Part shown: one piece after another, positions 1-15,410 of the stretch
Layout: every line of letters starts with the position of its first letter
Numbering within the stretch: position 1 is the first letter of the stretch
Assembly: GCF_006345805.1 (NCBI RefSeq)
Contig: NC_042997.1
Location: 147,994,001-148,058,000 of the forward strand
Direction: 5' to 3'
DNA from: Octopus sinensis
Lineage: Eukaryota
DNA length: 64,000 nucleotides
Made by a program: the position numbers and the translations under genes
The notes under the pieces: model-generated
Seen by the model: the letters and a program-made list of their open reading frames with translations, nothing else
Told to the model about the DNA's origin: nothing
The model's database searches: none

Positions 1-157
1 AAGCTCGAGTATAACCAGCAGAAATGGCGAATGTAATCTGGAACTCTACTGAAGAAAGAAAACTTCAAATGACCCGTCCTTGTTTTTTCTTTCCGTTTTT
101 TGTATCATCTAACTGTCTGGACGTTTTGCTTTCTTGTCCCATTTTTTGTAGTTTTTA

Positions 158-583
158 CTGGGGCTAAAAACTACAGTAGCATCCACCCTTAGGGGTTAGC
201 CATATTGAAATGGCAAAAATACGTCACGATGTGTTACCGCTACTGTATATAACTCACTTTGATATTTATCATTGTTTGATTTCACTTTTTCAATATCAGC
301 GACAGTGGACGCTGGAAAAAGTATAAGTATTTGTGAAGGAAATCTAATTCTCGGCGACAACTATGATTGTCACACGCTGACGAGAGGTCAATACCTCGAA
401 ACTCGAGCCCGTGTGTATCATAAGTTGAAGACGGGAAGGATGACTTCCCTTTGCAAATACTGACAGGACACAGATAGTGTGTCTATTGCCAGCTGGAGGA
501 GTGTGTCCTCCTGGGGCTAAAAACTACAGTAGCATCCACCCTTAGGGGTTAGCCATATTGAAATGGCAAAAATACGTCACGAT
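158..583 (+). repeat. 73-bp exact direct repeat pair (158-230 and 511-583) bracketing the hammerhead; pLTR-like remnant
   Basis: CTGGGGCTAAAAACTACAGTAGCATCCACCCTTAGGGG...ACGTCACGAT occurs identically twice. Confidence 0.85.
371..415 (+). ncRNA. Minimal type I hammerhead ribozyme motif (Penelope/retrozyme type) with variant cleavage triplet GCC
   Basis: Stem I CACACG(371-376)/CGTGTG(410-415); core CTGACGA(377-383); stem II GAGG-tcaata-CCTC; GAAA(398-401); short stem III with palindromic TCGA loop; triplet reads GCC instead of GUC. Confidence 0.75.
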
Positions 584-670
584 ATATATATATATATATA
601 GACGTATATATATTTATACACATACGTATATATATGTATATATATATATACATTGTATAAATATATTTAT

Positions 671-738
<68 letters not shown>

Positions 739-770
739 CTATATACATACGTATATATATATCAATACAC
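584..770. repeat. Imperfect (TA)n microsatellite
   Basis: Direct reading. Confidence 0.9.
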
Positions 771-3424
771 AATATATTTTCCATATAAATTAATGTACAT
801 TTAAATACAAAAAGCGGTGACCCTTAACACGCCGCCTTACATGCTAGAAGGAGCAGTCAAAACGTCCAAACCACAGTTAAGAGCAATCTCGAAGGTAATG
901 AAAAATAAAAATAAACCATGTTTTACAGCCAGACTTAGGTTTCGAATTTTACTTAGTAAAATAAAATAACTTGCTAGGCGAAGTTCTAATTAGTGGGTAC
1001 GCCCAAATTATATGTTAATATAATTTTAGAGTGTTAATATCCACTCCTTTCTCGAATATCCACCTTTTAGATATTCTGAAACGATATGCCTACCGTAGAT
1101 GTTTCAGTAACTCTTTGTATTATAGCCAGCTGTTCTTTTTACTTCGTTGTAGCCGATGTCTCATGACTCATGAAAAACTAAGCAAAATATACAAATAAAT
1201 AAATAAATAAATACCTCTAGTATCCTTTCCGTTTGTAAATTTAACCGACCTTTTACCGTTTAAATGTATTAAATTTAATGACGAAGAGAATTGGTTAGTA
1301 CAAATCCTGCAGCGTAACTCTGCCGTAGTTCAACCCTATTTGGCTATGTATTAACTCTTCAAATAACTAAAAAAATGTTTGCATGAATTCTCTCATTACA
1401 CCTATTTGTAAAAGAGTCACTTCATCTCTTCTCAATAAAGGAAGACTGAGTAGATATAATTAATTATTCAATTGTCGTTCTAGGATCAGCAAAGCTTACT
1501 TAGCCCTTCGTACATGCACACCTCAACTGACTGGTTCACAAACCCATGTGTTCCCCTAAGGCTAGATATATTTTCGCATGTACTCTATGATGCGAAGTAA
1601 AATTTTCATCTGAGAGGAACTTCCTAATGTTTTCGTTTACCTATACACACAATAGTAATTTAATATTCAAGCTAGATGCCAAGAAAATGTTAAATATGCA
1701 AATTGGACTATCCACTTTACTTCAGCTATTAAAAGTAAATGACTCATAAACATTGTGTTCGTGTGTATTTAAGGACGTTGTACAGCTACAGACGAAACTC
1801 GATGCAGAATTGAAATGTGCAGCATTTACAGATGTTCCGTATTTTGTAACATTGACACCCAATGTAACGTACGGCAGTATGTTACATTGGGTGCAAAAAA
1901 TGTAATATACAGCAATATTTTACATTGGATGTAAAAGTGTGGAATAAAAATCTAAAGATAAGTTGTATAGCACATTATAGCAGCAAGACGATATATTAAC
2001 GCACACACATACACACACACACAAATATATATAATAATACAATCATGTACAATAATACCTTATAATCGTAGTCGGATTCAATGTTGGAATGTTCCTCATA
2101 ATTATACACACAAAATCTGTTGAACATTATCTCAAATATCTCTCATGTCGTTTTTCTTTTAACACATTCAGATTCCAGTAAAACAGTAATGTATAAAGTA
2201 CAGCGTTCGATATAATATTTCAGATACTTCAAACTAGTACACCAGCATGGTCGCAGTACAGAAACGGAATCCCGTAAATCAATGAAATAGTAGGCAGAAT
2301 GCTTTCCTAAAATTTTCTTAATAATTCTGTATAAAATCACAATGTTTGTATGGTAAGGCAACGTGACTCAGCATATATTTCTACATAACAATACTTATAT
2401 TTTTTATCATCTGAAACATCTTAATCTGATTCTATATGTTGTCCAGTGAGATGTCGTTAAAGTACTACGTCTAATTTTCTCGAGTAAACGACGAACATAC
2501 TGAATATAAAATGCAACGAATAAACCGTAATATTTTATCATGTCATTATTATTCCTACCACAAACCATCAATGGCAGTAAAGGAATTGCTTGTAAGTAGA
2601 TGTAATGAGAAGGAAGGACGTAATATATTTCTGCATCAAATACTTCGTTTATAGTAGAAATTTACACCTTATGAATTGGCTCGTAAATACAAGGCTTATT
2701 ATTGGTAGATGACAGCTTTACTTTGCTAATCAGCAACATATTTAACTTGGCACAGTTTTTATACTAAACAAGCCTGTTGTTAAATATAGTCGATGTCGCA
2801 CCAACATATGTCTTTCATATATTAATATAATTAACGTCATTCTGAAATCATATACAGTAGTTTGTATGTGTTCAGGGATTTCGAGGGATATAGTTTATTT
2901 ATTATAAGCATATCTTTATCTTGCATCTGCGTTCTTAAATTACATAAAACTGACAATAAATACTATAATTTCAGCTGTTCGTTTTCTTTTCTAAATGTTA
3001 TTCATCTCCCTAGGCTTGGTAATATTAGATTCTTAGTGAGCTTTTATCAATTATATAACAACAATTTGATTGAATTTGTGTGCAAATTATACACAATTTC
3101 TTCGTAAGTGTATGCATTGGGGAAGATGTGTGGATCCGCCGAGCAGAATTTGTGACTTTATTACTTTTTTCTGTTCATGCCATTCTAATTCTTTTACACC
3201 ACAAATGCCTTTGGGATTCTTGAAATGCTCCATACCATTTCAATAAATTTGAAATACCTAATAAAAGATAAAATAAAACAATATATATAATATAAACAAG
3301 CTATGTACGTCAGACTTTAGCAACGGACTTCCTTACAAAATTTCCCTATTGTCAGTCTTAATATTTTGATCTGTTTAACTTTAGACTAAAACAAAACTAA
3401 ACTAAACAATGTAACATCTATATA

Positions 3425-3724
3425 GCTCACAATACTGTTTGAATTTCTTAACACATCTCGTGAAGAGCAAAAGGAGAAAAAAAAAGCGACAATGAAATTT
3501 TTATGACAAAGTTTTAAGGTGATATTTGTGTCTAATTTTTAATGTTTACGACGAATTACTTTTTCAAGTCAAGTCAATAAATAATCTTGAATATCAGAAG
3601 TGTCACTAATAAAACATATGTGGGAAATATAATGGGTATTTAATGTTTTCTTTTATCATTTCGCTGCTATTTTATAATTACCGAATACTTAAAGCTGGTT
3701 CAAAAAGAAAGTCTTTCAATTTCT

Positions 3725-3787
<63 letters not shown>

Positions 3788-4124
3788 TTACAAGTATTTT
3801 TGTCTGTGGAGACATATTTTTGTAGAAAAAGGAAATAGTAGTCCTTTGGCTGCTAAATCTAAAATGTTCGGTATGTGGTCTAGGAACTTGTTGAAAAAAC
3901 CTTAATGTTAAAATTATGTAAGTTTTTACCGAATATCATCCTTTTCCATACCGAAATACTACCAGGTGAAATTTGTTGATTTTATTAAATCAATTATCTT
4001 TCATCCTATATCTGTAATGAGTATATATACATATATATATACTTTGTCATAAAAATTCCATTGTCGCTTTTTCTCCTTTTGCTCTTCTCGAGATGTGTTA
4101 AGAAATTTAAACAGTATTGTGAGC
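3425..4124. repeat. ~85-bp inverted repeat pair (3425-3512 / 4041-4124); possible MITE/fold-back element
   Basis: Right arm is the reverse complement of GCTCACAATACTGTTT...TTTATGACAAAGT, with 3 substitutions and a 4-nt poly(A) length difference. Confidence 0.75.
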
Positions 4125-4146
4125 CACACACACACACACACATACA

Positions 4147-4259
<113 letters not shown>

Positions 4260-4751
4260 TATATTCCTTTATCCTGTTATTCTTTTATATGTTTCAGACA
4301 TAAAGTCGTGGCCATGTTGATGCACCGCCGGTGTAATCACCTTTTAATTGCTCAATCCTATGCGATTGGATTTGGTGAAGGAGGGAGCTCGACACTCCTG
4401 CCCTCTTTTGAATTTACTGCTTTGGTATTGATTCATCTGGGATCTTGGATAGTAAGATGCCAAGTTGTTTTTTGAAAACAACTATCCCCACTAGCAGTGC
4501 GTCCTTGGATCGCAAACTATTGCAGTACATGGTTCTCATCTCAGATGGGGCAACTTGGGACCATTGGATCCATTGTTTCTGCTCTTAAAAGGATTTTATC
4601 CTTTATATATACTGTTCAGTATTTATGTGTTGAAAAAATATATCTTTCTACATCTTCGACAATTCCTTTCAACGCTTCAAAAACAAACTTATATTTGTTT
4701 ACATATGACGTTATATTTATATATATAAAGTGATATAATATGATATATATA

Positions 4752-6186
<1,435 letters not shown>

Positions 6187-6449
6187 GCTTTACTTTTAAG
6201 CTTCCACATTTCATTTATATGCATCAAGAAAGCCATTGAGCGCACACGATTTTCGTTGACTTTTTCATAATGGGGATATTTATTAGTTGGATTAGAGCCT
6301 GTAACACAGTACGCTGCATGAAGAGAACGCTGGTCTCAGGTAGATTTCCAGATTTCGTATTTCTGGAGAGAAATCTTTGCTGTTTACAGAAGGGGTTAGA
6401 AAAAGACTAAGGTAAAGAGAAATAGTGCTTGCTTAGTCTGGTACAGAGC

Positions 6450-6499
6450 CTGGTAATTCAGTGATGAAAGACAAATGTCTTTCATCACTGAATTACCAG
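6450..6499. repeat. Perfect 24-bp inverted repeat with 2-nt spacer
   Basis: CTGGTAATTCAGTGATGAAAGACA-aa-TGTCTTTCATCACTGAATTACCAG. Confidence 0.95.
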
Positions 6500-7454
6500 T
6501 ATCGTATCTGTAGCCACAGGAAAAGCGTACATTTTTGCAAAATAGAGAGTTCACTGTATTACAGCATGAATGGTTGTTAATTAGTAAGACTATATGTGTT
6601 GGAATACCGATGAAATGTTTACTCGTTTCAGTTGCTTCATACCCAGTTAAGCCCACACACCTCATATTTGTGCCGCACTCACGCACTAAAGGACTTCAGT
6701 ATTTGTTCACATTTGAAGTACACAATGCGGGCTTTGCTTTGTGTAATGTTTGTGTCACCGTTTTATACCAAATATTGTAAATCTTATCAACTCATAATAG
6801 TTTTAGTCTTGTATTTCCGTGTTTCACATTGGCGCAATTTTCTTTAGTGTGTCTATTATTTATCTAGAGAACGAATTTTGGTAATGCTGAATGGGATTAA
6901 GTTGTCATTGCACACTTAGGGAATGTTATCAAGCCTTCTGTTTAATAACAGTTATGCGTGACTTGTCAGTAGTTTCGATATTGAATCTTGATGACGCCTC
7001 CCTGAGAATGGTATTTTTATAAGCAAAGTTTCGTATTATTTGCACAGGATGTGTGTTTAAATGCAATAGCCAGATGGCCAATGAATAACATAGTATGTCA
7101 GAATCATTAACTGTCTAATAATACTTGTGATCCATAACAATTTCACCAAAATCAGCTAAGGATTTTACCTCGATTAAAATGTGCAATTACTTGGCAAAAT
7201 ATACGCATGCATGTAGCTTTCTTAATTATTCGACTTCTTCCTTAAAAGAAGGAGCTCGTTTCTAACAAAGAAAGAAAGCGCTTCGCTGAAATTTGAATAA
7301 CAAGAAGGATAAGTGTTACCTGTTTAATTTTCATCAAAGTCACATATATTTTATGTTCTGGTTATATTTTTAATTTGTAGTATACCTCCTAAATGGTCAC
7401 TTTCTTTGCTTGAAAAGCTTAGCTTTCGTGATTGTCTCATAAAAAATTGCTAAT

Positions 7455-7616
7455 GACAGCCAAGTGGCTGAGTGGTAAGTAGTTTGCTTCCAAAGCGCAT
7501 AGTTCCAGTTTCAGTCCTCCTGCTTAGCACGTTGACCAAATGTCTATTACTAAATCCTCGGACCGACGAAAGCCTCCTGATTGGATTTCTTGCACGGAAT
7601 CTGAAAGAAGCACACC

Positions 7617-7619
<3 letters not shown>
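7455..7619 (+). mobile_element. Degenerate tRNA-derived SINE (family S2)
   Basis: A-box-like GTGGCTGAGTGGTAAG and body similar to the copies at 32593, 44162 and 44735; followed by (TA)n. Confidence 0.75.
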
Positions 7620-7703
<84 letters not shown>

Positions 7704-7715
7704 GATATATATATA

Positions 7716-7746
<31 letters not shown>

Positions 7747-7859
7747 CATACATACATACATACATACGTATATATATTTATTTATTTATTTATCAGTTGC
7801 ATCTCAAAGCTGTGCACATCCCGGGACACCACTGTTTTGTGACACTATTATTGAGAGGG

Positions 7860-8075
7860 AATTTGATGTCACTACCCTCATTTGCACCTCCTGTCGCGAG
7901 GTAGGTTCACCTGGGATTCTCGACAGAAAGAGAACGAGTTTGATTTGAAAACACTTACATCCACTTTGTGTAGCTCCCTCAGGCTCGTTGGGAGAATATT
8001 AAACAGTTGTGGGCCCCTGAAACACAGACTGTTGCAGTAACTGGTCCTGATACACGACGGCACTCTGCAGTGGTG
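7860..8075 (-). mobile_element. CR1/L2-group LINE 3' coding remnant
   Basis: Translates to ...[34 protein letters not shown], typical of the post-RT tail of CR1-like ORF2. Confidence 0.65.
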
Positions 8076-8084
8076 ACCCAACAT

Positions 8085-8584
8085 TCTTAACCAACCAACC
8101 AAATATGAAACATTTTGTTGCACAAGGCGTCTCCATCTTTCCTTCAACTTGAAAATACCCTCTTTACAGAATAGAGGTGGTGTCATGGCAAATAATTCAT
8201 CAAGCTATCTTTTTACGTCATCTAAGGAATTGAAACTTTTACCATTAAGACTATTCTGCAGAGACCTGAATAAGTGAAAATCCGAAGGAGCAATATCTGG
8301 TGAAAACGGAAGGTGGGATAACACATCCCAGCGGAGCTGCAGCAAATTTTGCCTGGTTCCCAAAGCATCAAGTGCCGAAAATGAAGTTTCTTATCTTCCA
8401 TTTTAAAGGGTTACAGAATTAACACAGGTTATAGGAACATAAATCTTCTTCCACGAAAAGGTAGCTTAAGCTCTGCTCTAAATGGAGGTGTAGTCAAATC
8501 CTATTTTATGGACTCAACCATGTTTTAAAATAAGTCGAAATGTAAGCTACTATAAATCGGCACGAACTTTCCGGACAACCCAAC
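8085..8584 (-). mobile_element. Internally deleted mariner element (one TIR plus transposase C-terminus)
   Basis: Minus strand [31 protein letters not shown]...KLKERWRRLVQQN; TIR-like TTGGGTTGTCCGGAAAGTTCGTGCCGATTT at ~8554-8583. Confidence 0.85.
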
Positions 8585-8677
<93 letters not shown>

Positions 8678-9678
8678 TGTGTGTGTGTTTTCATGCGTGT
8701 GTGTGAGTGTGTGTGTGTGTGTACTTAGAAACATTCTTTATCAATGTTAACCGTTTAGCACAAGCATTGAACTACGAGATTCTGTTTTATGATTACAATA
8801 GCAACGAGCTTTTATTTATGACACTACAATCTAGTTGGTAATTGACATTTAGTATATCAGTAAATTGGAATGAGATATTAATTGACCGAAATTATATTCA
8901 AATACGTCAGTCAATGAAACAATGGTTATCAATGCATTAATGCATTCATATACTTTGATAAGAGCATATTATTAAATATATTTGCGATCATTATAAAATA
9001 TAACTTTCAATTTATTCTACGGGAATCTAAGTAAAATTTGTGATTACTTATATCTATTTCCCCTGGGATGGAAGATGTTGCATATTGCTTCATTAAAATT
9101 GATATTTTGAGTAAATGTTTCGATTCCATGCAGAACAGAACATTTTCTCATTATTGTCTCCAGCCCATCGCCCACCGAATGAAGAGGGAGCAGATAGGGA
9201 TCTATTATATTTTCACTTGATGTTAAAAAAAAATAGCAGATATATCTGCTGCACACCACAACGTTGTTTATTATGAGAAAATATAGAATGGTATACATAC
9301 ACAGAAAAGGCAAGAAAGACAGGGGTGGGATACTTTTAACTATAGGACTGCTAGACAAGAGCTGATGTGTGTTTACACAGCTACTAAAAATTCAGATCTT
9401 ATGAAAACAAAAAGGGAATTAGTTGTAAACAGAATAAGCTGGCATAAAACCAAAGTCTTTTAAATATTGTTAGTATAATGGGCTGTAGCGTGAGAAATAT
9501 TCAAGTCCAAACATAGACCCATGCAAAAAACAAAAAGAAAAAACTACATTTGTGTTGTAACATTTATATGTGATTCATATATGTCAATGTTTGGTTTTCT
9601 TCCGATTATGTGAATTATTATAAGGGATGCACACACTGCTAATAACTATACTGGAATGCATATTCGTATACACACACA

Positions 9679-9721
<43 letters not shown>

Positions 9722-12109
9722 GCACGCACAAACACACACATCGATATACTACACACACATCGATATACTACACACACAAATATTATTGCGAAACAAGATA
9801 TATTTTATCAAACAGATATTTTGCATATTTTGACCTACTCCTTATGGCAGATATCGAGCTGATAGTAATTCCGATATAAGAAGTTGATTTTTTTCTCAGT
9901 GAAAATTATTACTACGTTGTGATGATATCCAGCCATCGCGTAAATATAAAGGTGGCTTAATTACAGTACAGCAATGCCCCGAATGTTTTTACGTTTATAT
10001 TTCATGCGAGATAAAAAATATTGCAATATTTTTACGATAGAATTATTACAGAAATTTGCAAGGAATGACTATTATTATGAATAGAAATCACCTAGCACTT
10101 TTCCTCTGGAGCTCATTCGCTTGATTTGAGTTTCTTGCTAAAAATGAGGGAATTGTTAACCATATACTCTGCTTTTATTAAAATTACTTCCTAATGACAT
10201 TTTATACATGTCAAAATAAAAGGGGAATATATAATAAAACCAGAGTGGCGTAACTTGCCCTGTAATTTATAGAACATGTGTTCCTGAAAGAAAACATGCT
10301 GTCATCACTCTACATTTGACTTGCATAACCTTTTCTATTGATCTCCTATTCTCATCATGATGTTAACATGTTCTGTAGGTATATGAGTCCACACGTATCG
10401 TCACAAAATGCACACATGCAAGCATTAACACAAAGACGGAGATACATCCCATATGTATGTTTTGTTGTCATGTATGTGAGTGTGAAGGAATGTGAACTCA
10501 TGTGTAGTATCAAACAGGTAAGCTATCTGTCCTGTAATTTCCTACTCCATACCACACGTTTCTGGGATGTCTTGCTTTGCTTATTTTTAAAGTAATTTCG
10601 TATGAAGAGCTTCAACAGAGAGAAACGTTATCATTACACACTGGACATATTTATACACACATACACAGGCTAGTGCATTCACATATTAGCTTAAAAGGTT
10701 ACATCAACACATTCTGTTCCGGAATAGCTGCCCATACATGTTTAATATGTTGGATATGTCACCAATTCACTTATACACCTAGAAGCATTAATAGCCAAAG
10801 AGGTTCTCAACTGGCTGAACTTTGACGTGCGGCGCAAGATAATAATGATCGAAATGATAACTTTTAACATAATGCATAAATACACCTTATTGATATAATC
10901 ATTATCACATTCACTACGTGCGATATCATACATTATTGCTGGCGATATCTTAAGAAGCCAGTTCTGGAATAAGTGATAATCAACCTCGTTGGCTTTTGAA
11001 CTCTACTTAATAATTAACACGTAGCACTCTATGACTGACAGATTCATTGGCTCAACTGCACATGCACACACACACACACACACTTACATACACACACATA
11101 CGCACACGTACACACATACATACTTATGTGAATGTCTGTGTGTATGTGTGTGTGTTTTATTTGAGCGAATGTATACAACATATTCTGTAGTGATACGATA
11201 AGCAGAAATCGCTATATCTATGTGCAAAAGAGTTTTGACGATTATATTGACCCCGGTTCTTGATTGCAACTATATGATTGATCTCGGAAGAAAGAACAAA
11301 TTTGAATTCAGCGAGGTTTGAAATGAGAACATAAACACACGTACTTCACTCCGTATTTCACTCCGATCACCATGTTACCGATTCTTTCATTCACCATCCT
11401 GACTATGAGATTTAGCTGCCATGAAAATATAACACATGAATATATAGTGATATTTCCTTATCCTTTTCCATCAGTGCGTAACCGATTCTGTAGATCTACG
11501 TTCAAAAGCATGCCGGCTTTTACCAGGCTACCTATAGAGGAATATATTACAGTATAATACCAAATATGTTCTCGTTTGTAAAGCCGTCGTGGGGCGATTT
11601 GAGGCCATTTAAATGCTAATTCTAGCAGATTAAAAAACAACACAGAGGTCAGTGGTGGTTTTTGATAGTTTGTCTACAAGTTCGCAAAAACCGCAAAATG
11701 TTTGACTAAATACATAACTATTACTTTCCTCTTTCACTTCATTCTGAGGGGATCTGTCATTTGAGCCGATTCAAACTGTTATCATGAAATGCAATCAAAC
11801 CGAAACGATAATCTGTCTTACTTTCCTACAAAACCGACATTATTTTAAATGAAAAGAAAAAGAAATATCATTAATAATAAAAAAGAAAACCGAAAACCAT
11901 CGATGAAAAAGAGAAAACAAATGACTTCCGTAGTTTTCTATGGCTCATATCTTAATAGTACTGTTATTTTAATGATCGATATAAACGTTTTCTTTAAGGA
12001 TTACCATTAAACTCTATTGTAAACACGTACACTTTTCTACAGGAAGTTCCATAAATGCCAACGTTTACACGGAGAGCGGACAACAATAAGTTTCTTCGTC
12101 TTAGTCTAT

Positions 12110-12260
12110 CCCGCTCTTCGTGGACCATAGCTTCAAAGAAGATCTCCAACCAGCAATGTCGTAAGCTCCTTGAGCCTGCTCCCAAGTTAATCCCACATAT
12201 GTCAGATCATTCTTCCTATTCCTCAGATAAACCTTGACAGGCTTACCTCAGTTAATACAC
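12110..12260 (-). mobile_element. RTE-clade LINE 3' end remnant
   Basis: Minus strand NDLTYVGLTWEQAQGAYDIAGWRSSLKLWSTKSGID*, resembling the RTE ORF terminus. Confidence 0.6.
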
Positions 12261-12954
12261 CACCTTACACAATATTATACACCCTGATATTTCGTAAATC
12301 AACAGAACTGTTAGGAGTGTTAGAGTATCAAACGCCACACCATTCAGTCGCATATTTTTATATTCCGAGTGAGGATAATGTATTAATTTTGCTATTGAAC
12401 CTTCCGGATGTGATAAAATAATTACCAGTCATCTAATGGAATGGAATTAATAACTTGTAAGCTTTCCTAAAATGTCTGACTTTATGTTAATCTTAGAAAC
12501 AAATTATCTATAATAATACACACATATGCCTTTTGCTGAAGAAACCATACAAACCATATAACAATAAACAATCAAAATTTCTCTCTTAATATCTCTGTTG
12601 TATTTCTTTAGAATAGATAAAAATATGATGAGGCTCGATTATAATTATTTTCATTAAGAATTATAGTGGGAAACAATAACATAAAAACAGACAAAAACGT
12701 ACAATATATTCGTTAAAGTTAAAATTTTTCTAAGATACGATAAAGTTATTGCTGACGCAAGCATTGTGTAAAAATTAAAAGCTTCACTCCTAGAATCCCT
12801 GAAGTAATTGCAAATATTCTTCGTAATTTAATAAAACCACAGATAATTGATTTTTTATATAGTTTCTGGTTTTTATTTTATACAAAATTCTCTAATATAG
12901 TTGTGTTATGATAGAGAAATATTCCACAAAGTGTTGTTGTTGTCGATTAGTTCA

Positions 12955-14305
12955 GGCGAATAGCTGCGCAACTCAACACCTTGTTAAATGCCGACCAAGT
13001 AACACCAGAGTGGTTGACATTGGGTAGGACAGTGCTGTGCTTGAAAAACATCGATAAAGGCAATACCGTAGAAAATCCCATGCCGATATCCTGTTTGCCA
13101 CATGAGCAGTAGGGTTGAAGGCGTAAGTACAGAGATACGAAGGATCAACTCCTGATAGACAAAACTGTACTTAGAGACTCTAAGAAGAGGAAAATTAACT
13201 TAGCCATCTCATGAATCCACTATCGTATAGCGTACGATGTGATCTCACATTTTTGGATTATGGAATGTATGAACCTATTTGGAATTGCATCGAATATTGA
13301 GCGATTGCTTGAAAAAAGAATGGCGAATTGGAGGACGGACCTGACAGCATACAGAAGAAGTTTAGGGACAGTAGAAATTTAGAGGGGCATCTACCAAGGG
13401 GACTGCCTGTCCCCACTAATCTTTTGTACTGTGCATGATACTACTGACACTGATCCTAAGGAAAGCAAAAGCTGGGTATATATTCAAGAGCCATCAACAA
13501 AAATCAACCATTTGTTATTCATTTATGACCTCAAACTTTGTGGTAAAGATGAAGCCCATGTCAGTTCCCTCGTTGATACGGTGTATACTACCAGTGCTGA
13601 TATCAGAATGGAGTTCGGACTGAGAAAGTGTGGTGTGTAAGTCTTGAAGACAGGCAAAATCAAATATGTGGACGGGCTAACGATACCGTCGGGGGAGGTT
13701 ATGAAGCAGATAGAAGTGACGAGCTATAAGTACTTGGGGATTTTGGAAATGGATAAATTGATAAAGAAACAAATGACAGAAAAATTTAACGTGGAGTACT
13801 TGCGCAGACTCAGACTGATACTTAAGTCGAAATTAAACGGACGGAATAAGATCGAAGCTATCAACACCTAGGCGGTTGCACTCCTTAGATAATCGCACGG
13901 ACAGTAGTCGAACTAAACATCATAAACATCATAGACAAAAAGAATCGGAAGTTGCTAACTAGATATAGGTCACTCCACCGAAAACGTGACACAGACAGCC
14001 TGTATGTATCCAGATAAAAAGGGGAAAGTGGAATTAGTGGATGTGAACACAGCATTAAAGCAGAAGAAATCAACATAGCATGGTTTGTAAAAAATGCCAC
14101 ACTGGGAACAGTGATAAAATATCTCGAGAAGTACATGAAACAAATAGGGGCTGCAATAATGGTGGAGCACTTGCAGAAAGCAGCACTGCTTGGAACCGCC
14201 CGAAAACTCCGGAAGGTGCTCGAATTAAGAGGTGTCACCTTAGTTGTTTGGAATTTAACAGCTGACATAGTAGCTCATCTCCTGCGTTAGAAGCTGTGCA
14301 AAGGC
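12955..14305 (+). mobile_element. Degraded, internally deleted R4/Dong-type non-LTR retrotransposon (family C)
   Basis: [45 protein letters not shown] and LQKAALLGTAR remnants; 3' UTR ends ...AAGCTGTGCAAAGGC followed by (AAT)n. Confidence 0.88.
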
Positions 14306-14525
<220 letters not shown>

Positions 14526-14959
14526 CTGATACTCTGGAGGATAAGGAAGAAGAGTAAGAGGATTCTTATTTTTCACAGGAGCGTCAACTGAGGAACAATT
14601 ACAAGGAGTAGTTATCATTTGTGGGTTTATATAATATCGCCGAGTAAAAGGAAGTAGATTGGAAGAGATTTGATGCAAATATACATAGTATATACACAAT
14701 ATATCAAAATATGAGCGTTATAGTACTTTTGTTACAGGACGTCCCCCACCAGGTTCAATCAAAGAACCCGACATAATCAAAATAATCCAGACCACGAGGG
14801 ACAATAGCCATCCTCCAGCTAGAGGTCTATAACCTACACATTTATGCTGAGATTAGTTCCATTGACTCTAATAATATTCAACACAATCACCCATCTTTTG
14901 AGAAATTCACCAACAAAATTTTAATATAACAATATCAATAAAAAGAACCATAATAATAA

Positions 14960-15162
14960 TGGTTCGAAATTTTTCCACAATGGGGAGGGGATTAATCGAT
15001 TGCATCATCCTCAGTGAACAACTGGTACTTATTTTATAATCTCCGAAAGGATGAAATGCAAAGTCAACCTCGGCTGAATTTGAGCTCTGAATGTAGCGAC
15101 GGGTGAAATACCGCGAAGAGTTTCGTCTACCATGCTAACGATTCTGTCAGCTCGCTGCCTTA
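14960..15162 (+). mobile_element. SINE-like repeat (family S1), older copy
   Basis: ACTGGTACTTATTTTAT...GAAAGGATGAAATGCAAAGTCAACCTCGG...CTGTCAGCTCGCTGCC; tandem with the next copy. Confidence 0.75.
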
Positions 15163-15194
15163 AAGCCAGCTTGTCGCTTTAACAACGATAATAA

Positions 15195-15410
15195 TCTTTT
15201 CTAATCTAGGCACAAGGCCCGAAATTTTGGGGGAGGGGCCAGCCGATTAGATAGACACCAGTACGCAACTGGTACTTGATTTATCGACCCTGAAAGGATG
15301 AAAAGCAAATTCGAGCTCGGCGAAATTTGAACTCAAAACATAAAGACAGACGAAATACCGCTAAGCATTTCGTCCGGCGTGATAACGTTTCTGCCTGCTC
15401 ACCGCCGTAC
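15195..15410 (+). mobile_element. SINE-like repeat (family S1)
   Basis: GGCACAAGGCCCGAAATTTTGGGGG...CTGGTACTTGATTTATCGACCCTGAAAGGATGAAAAG...; short (AAT) tail. Confidence 0.8.
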
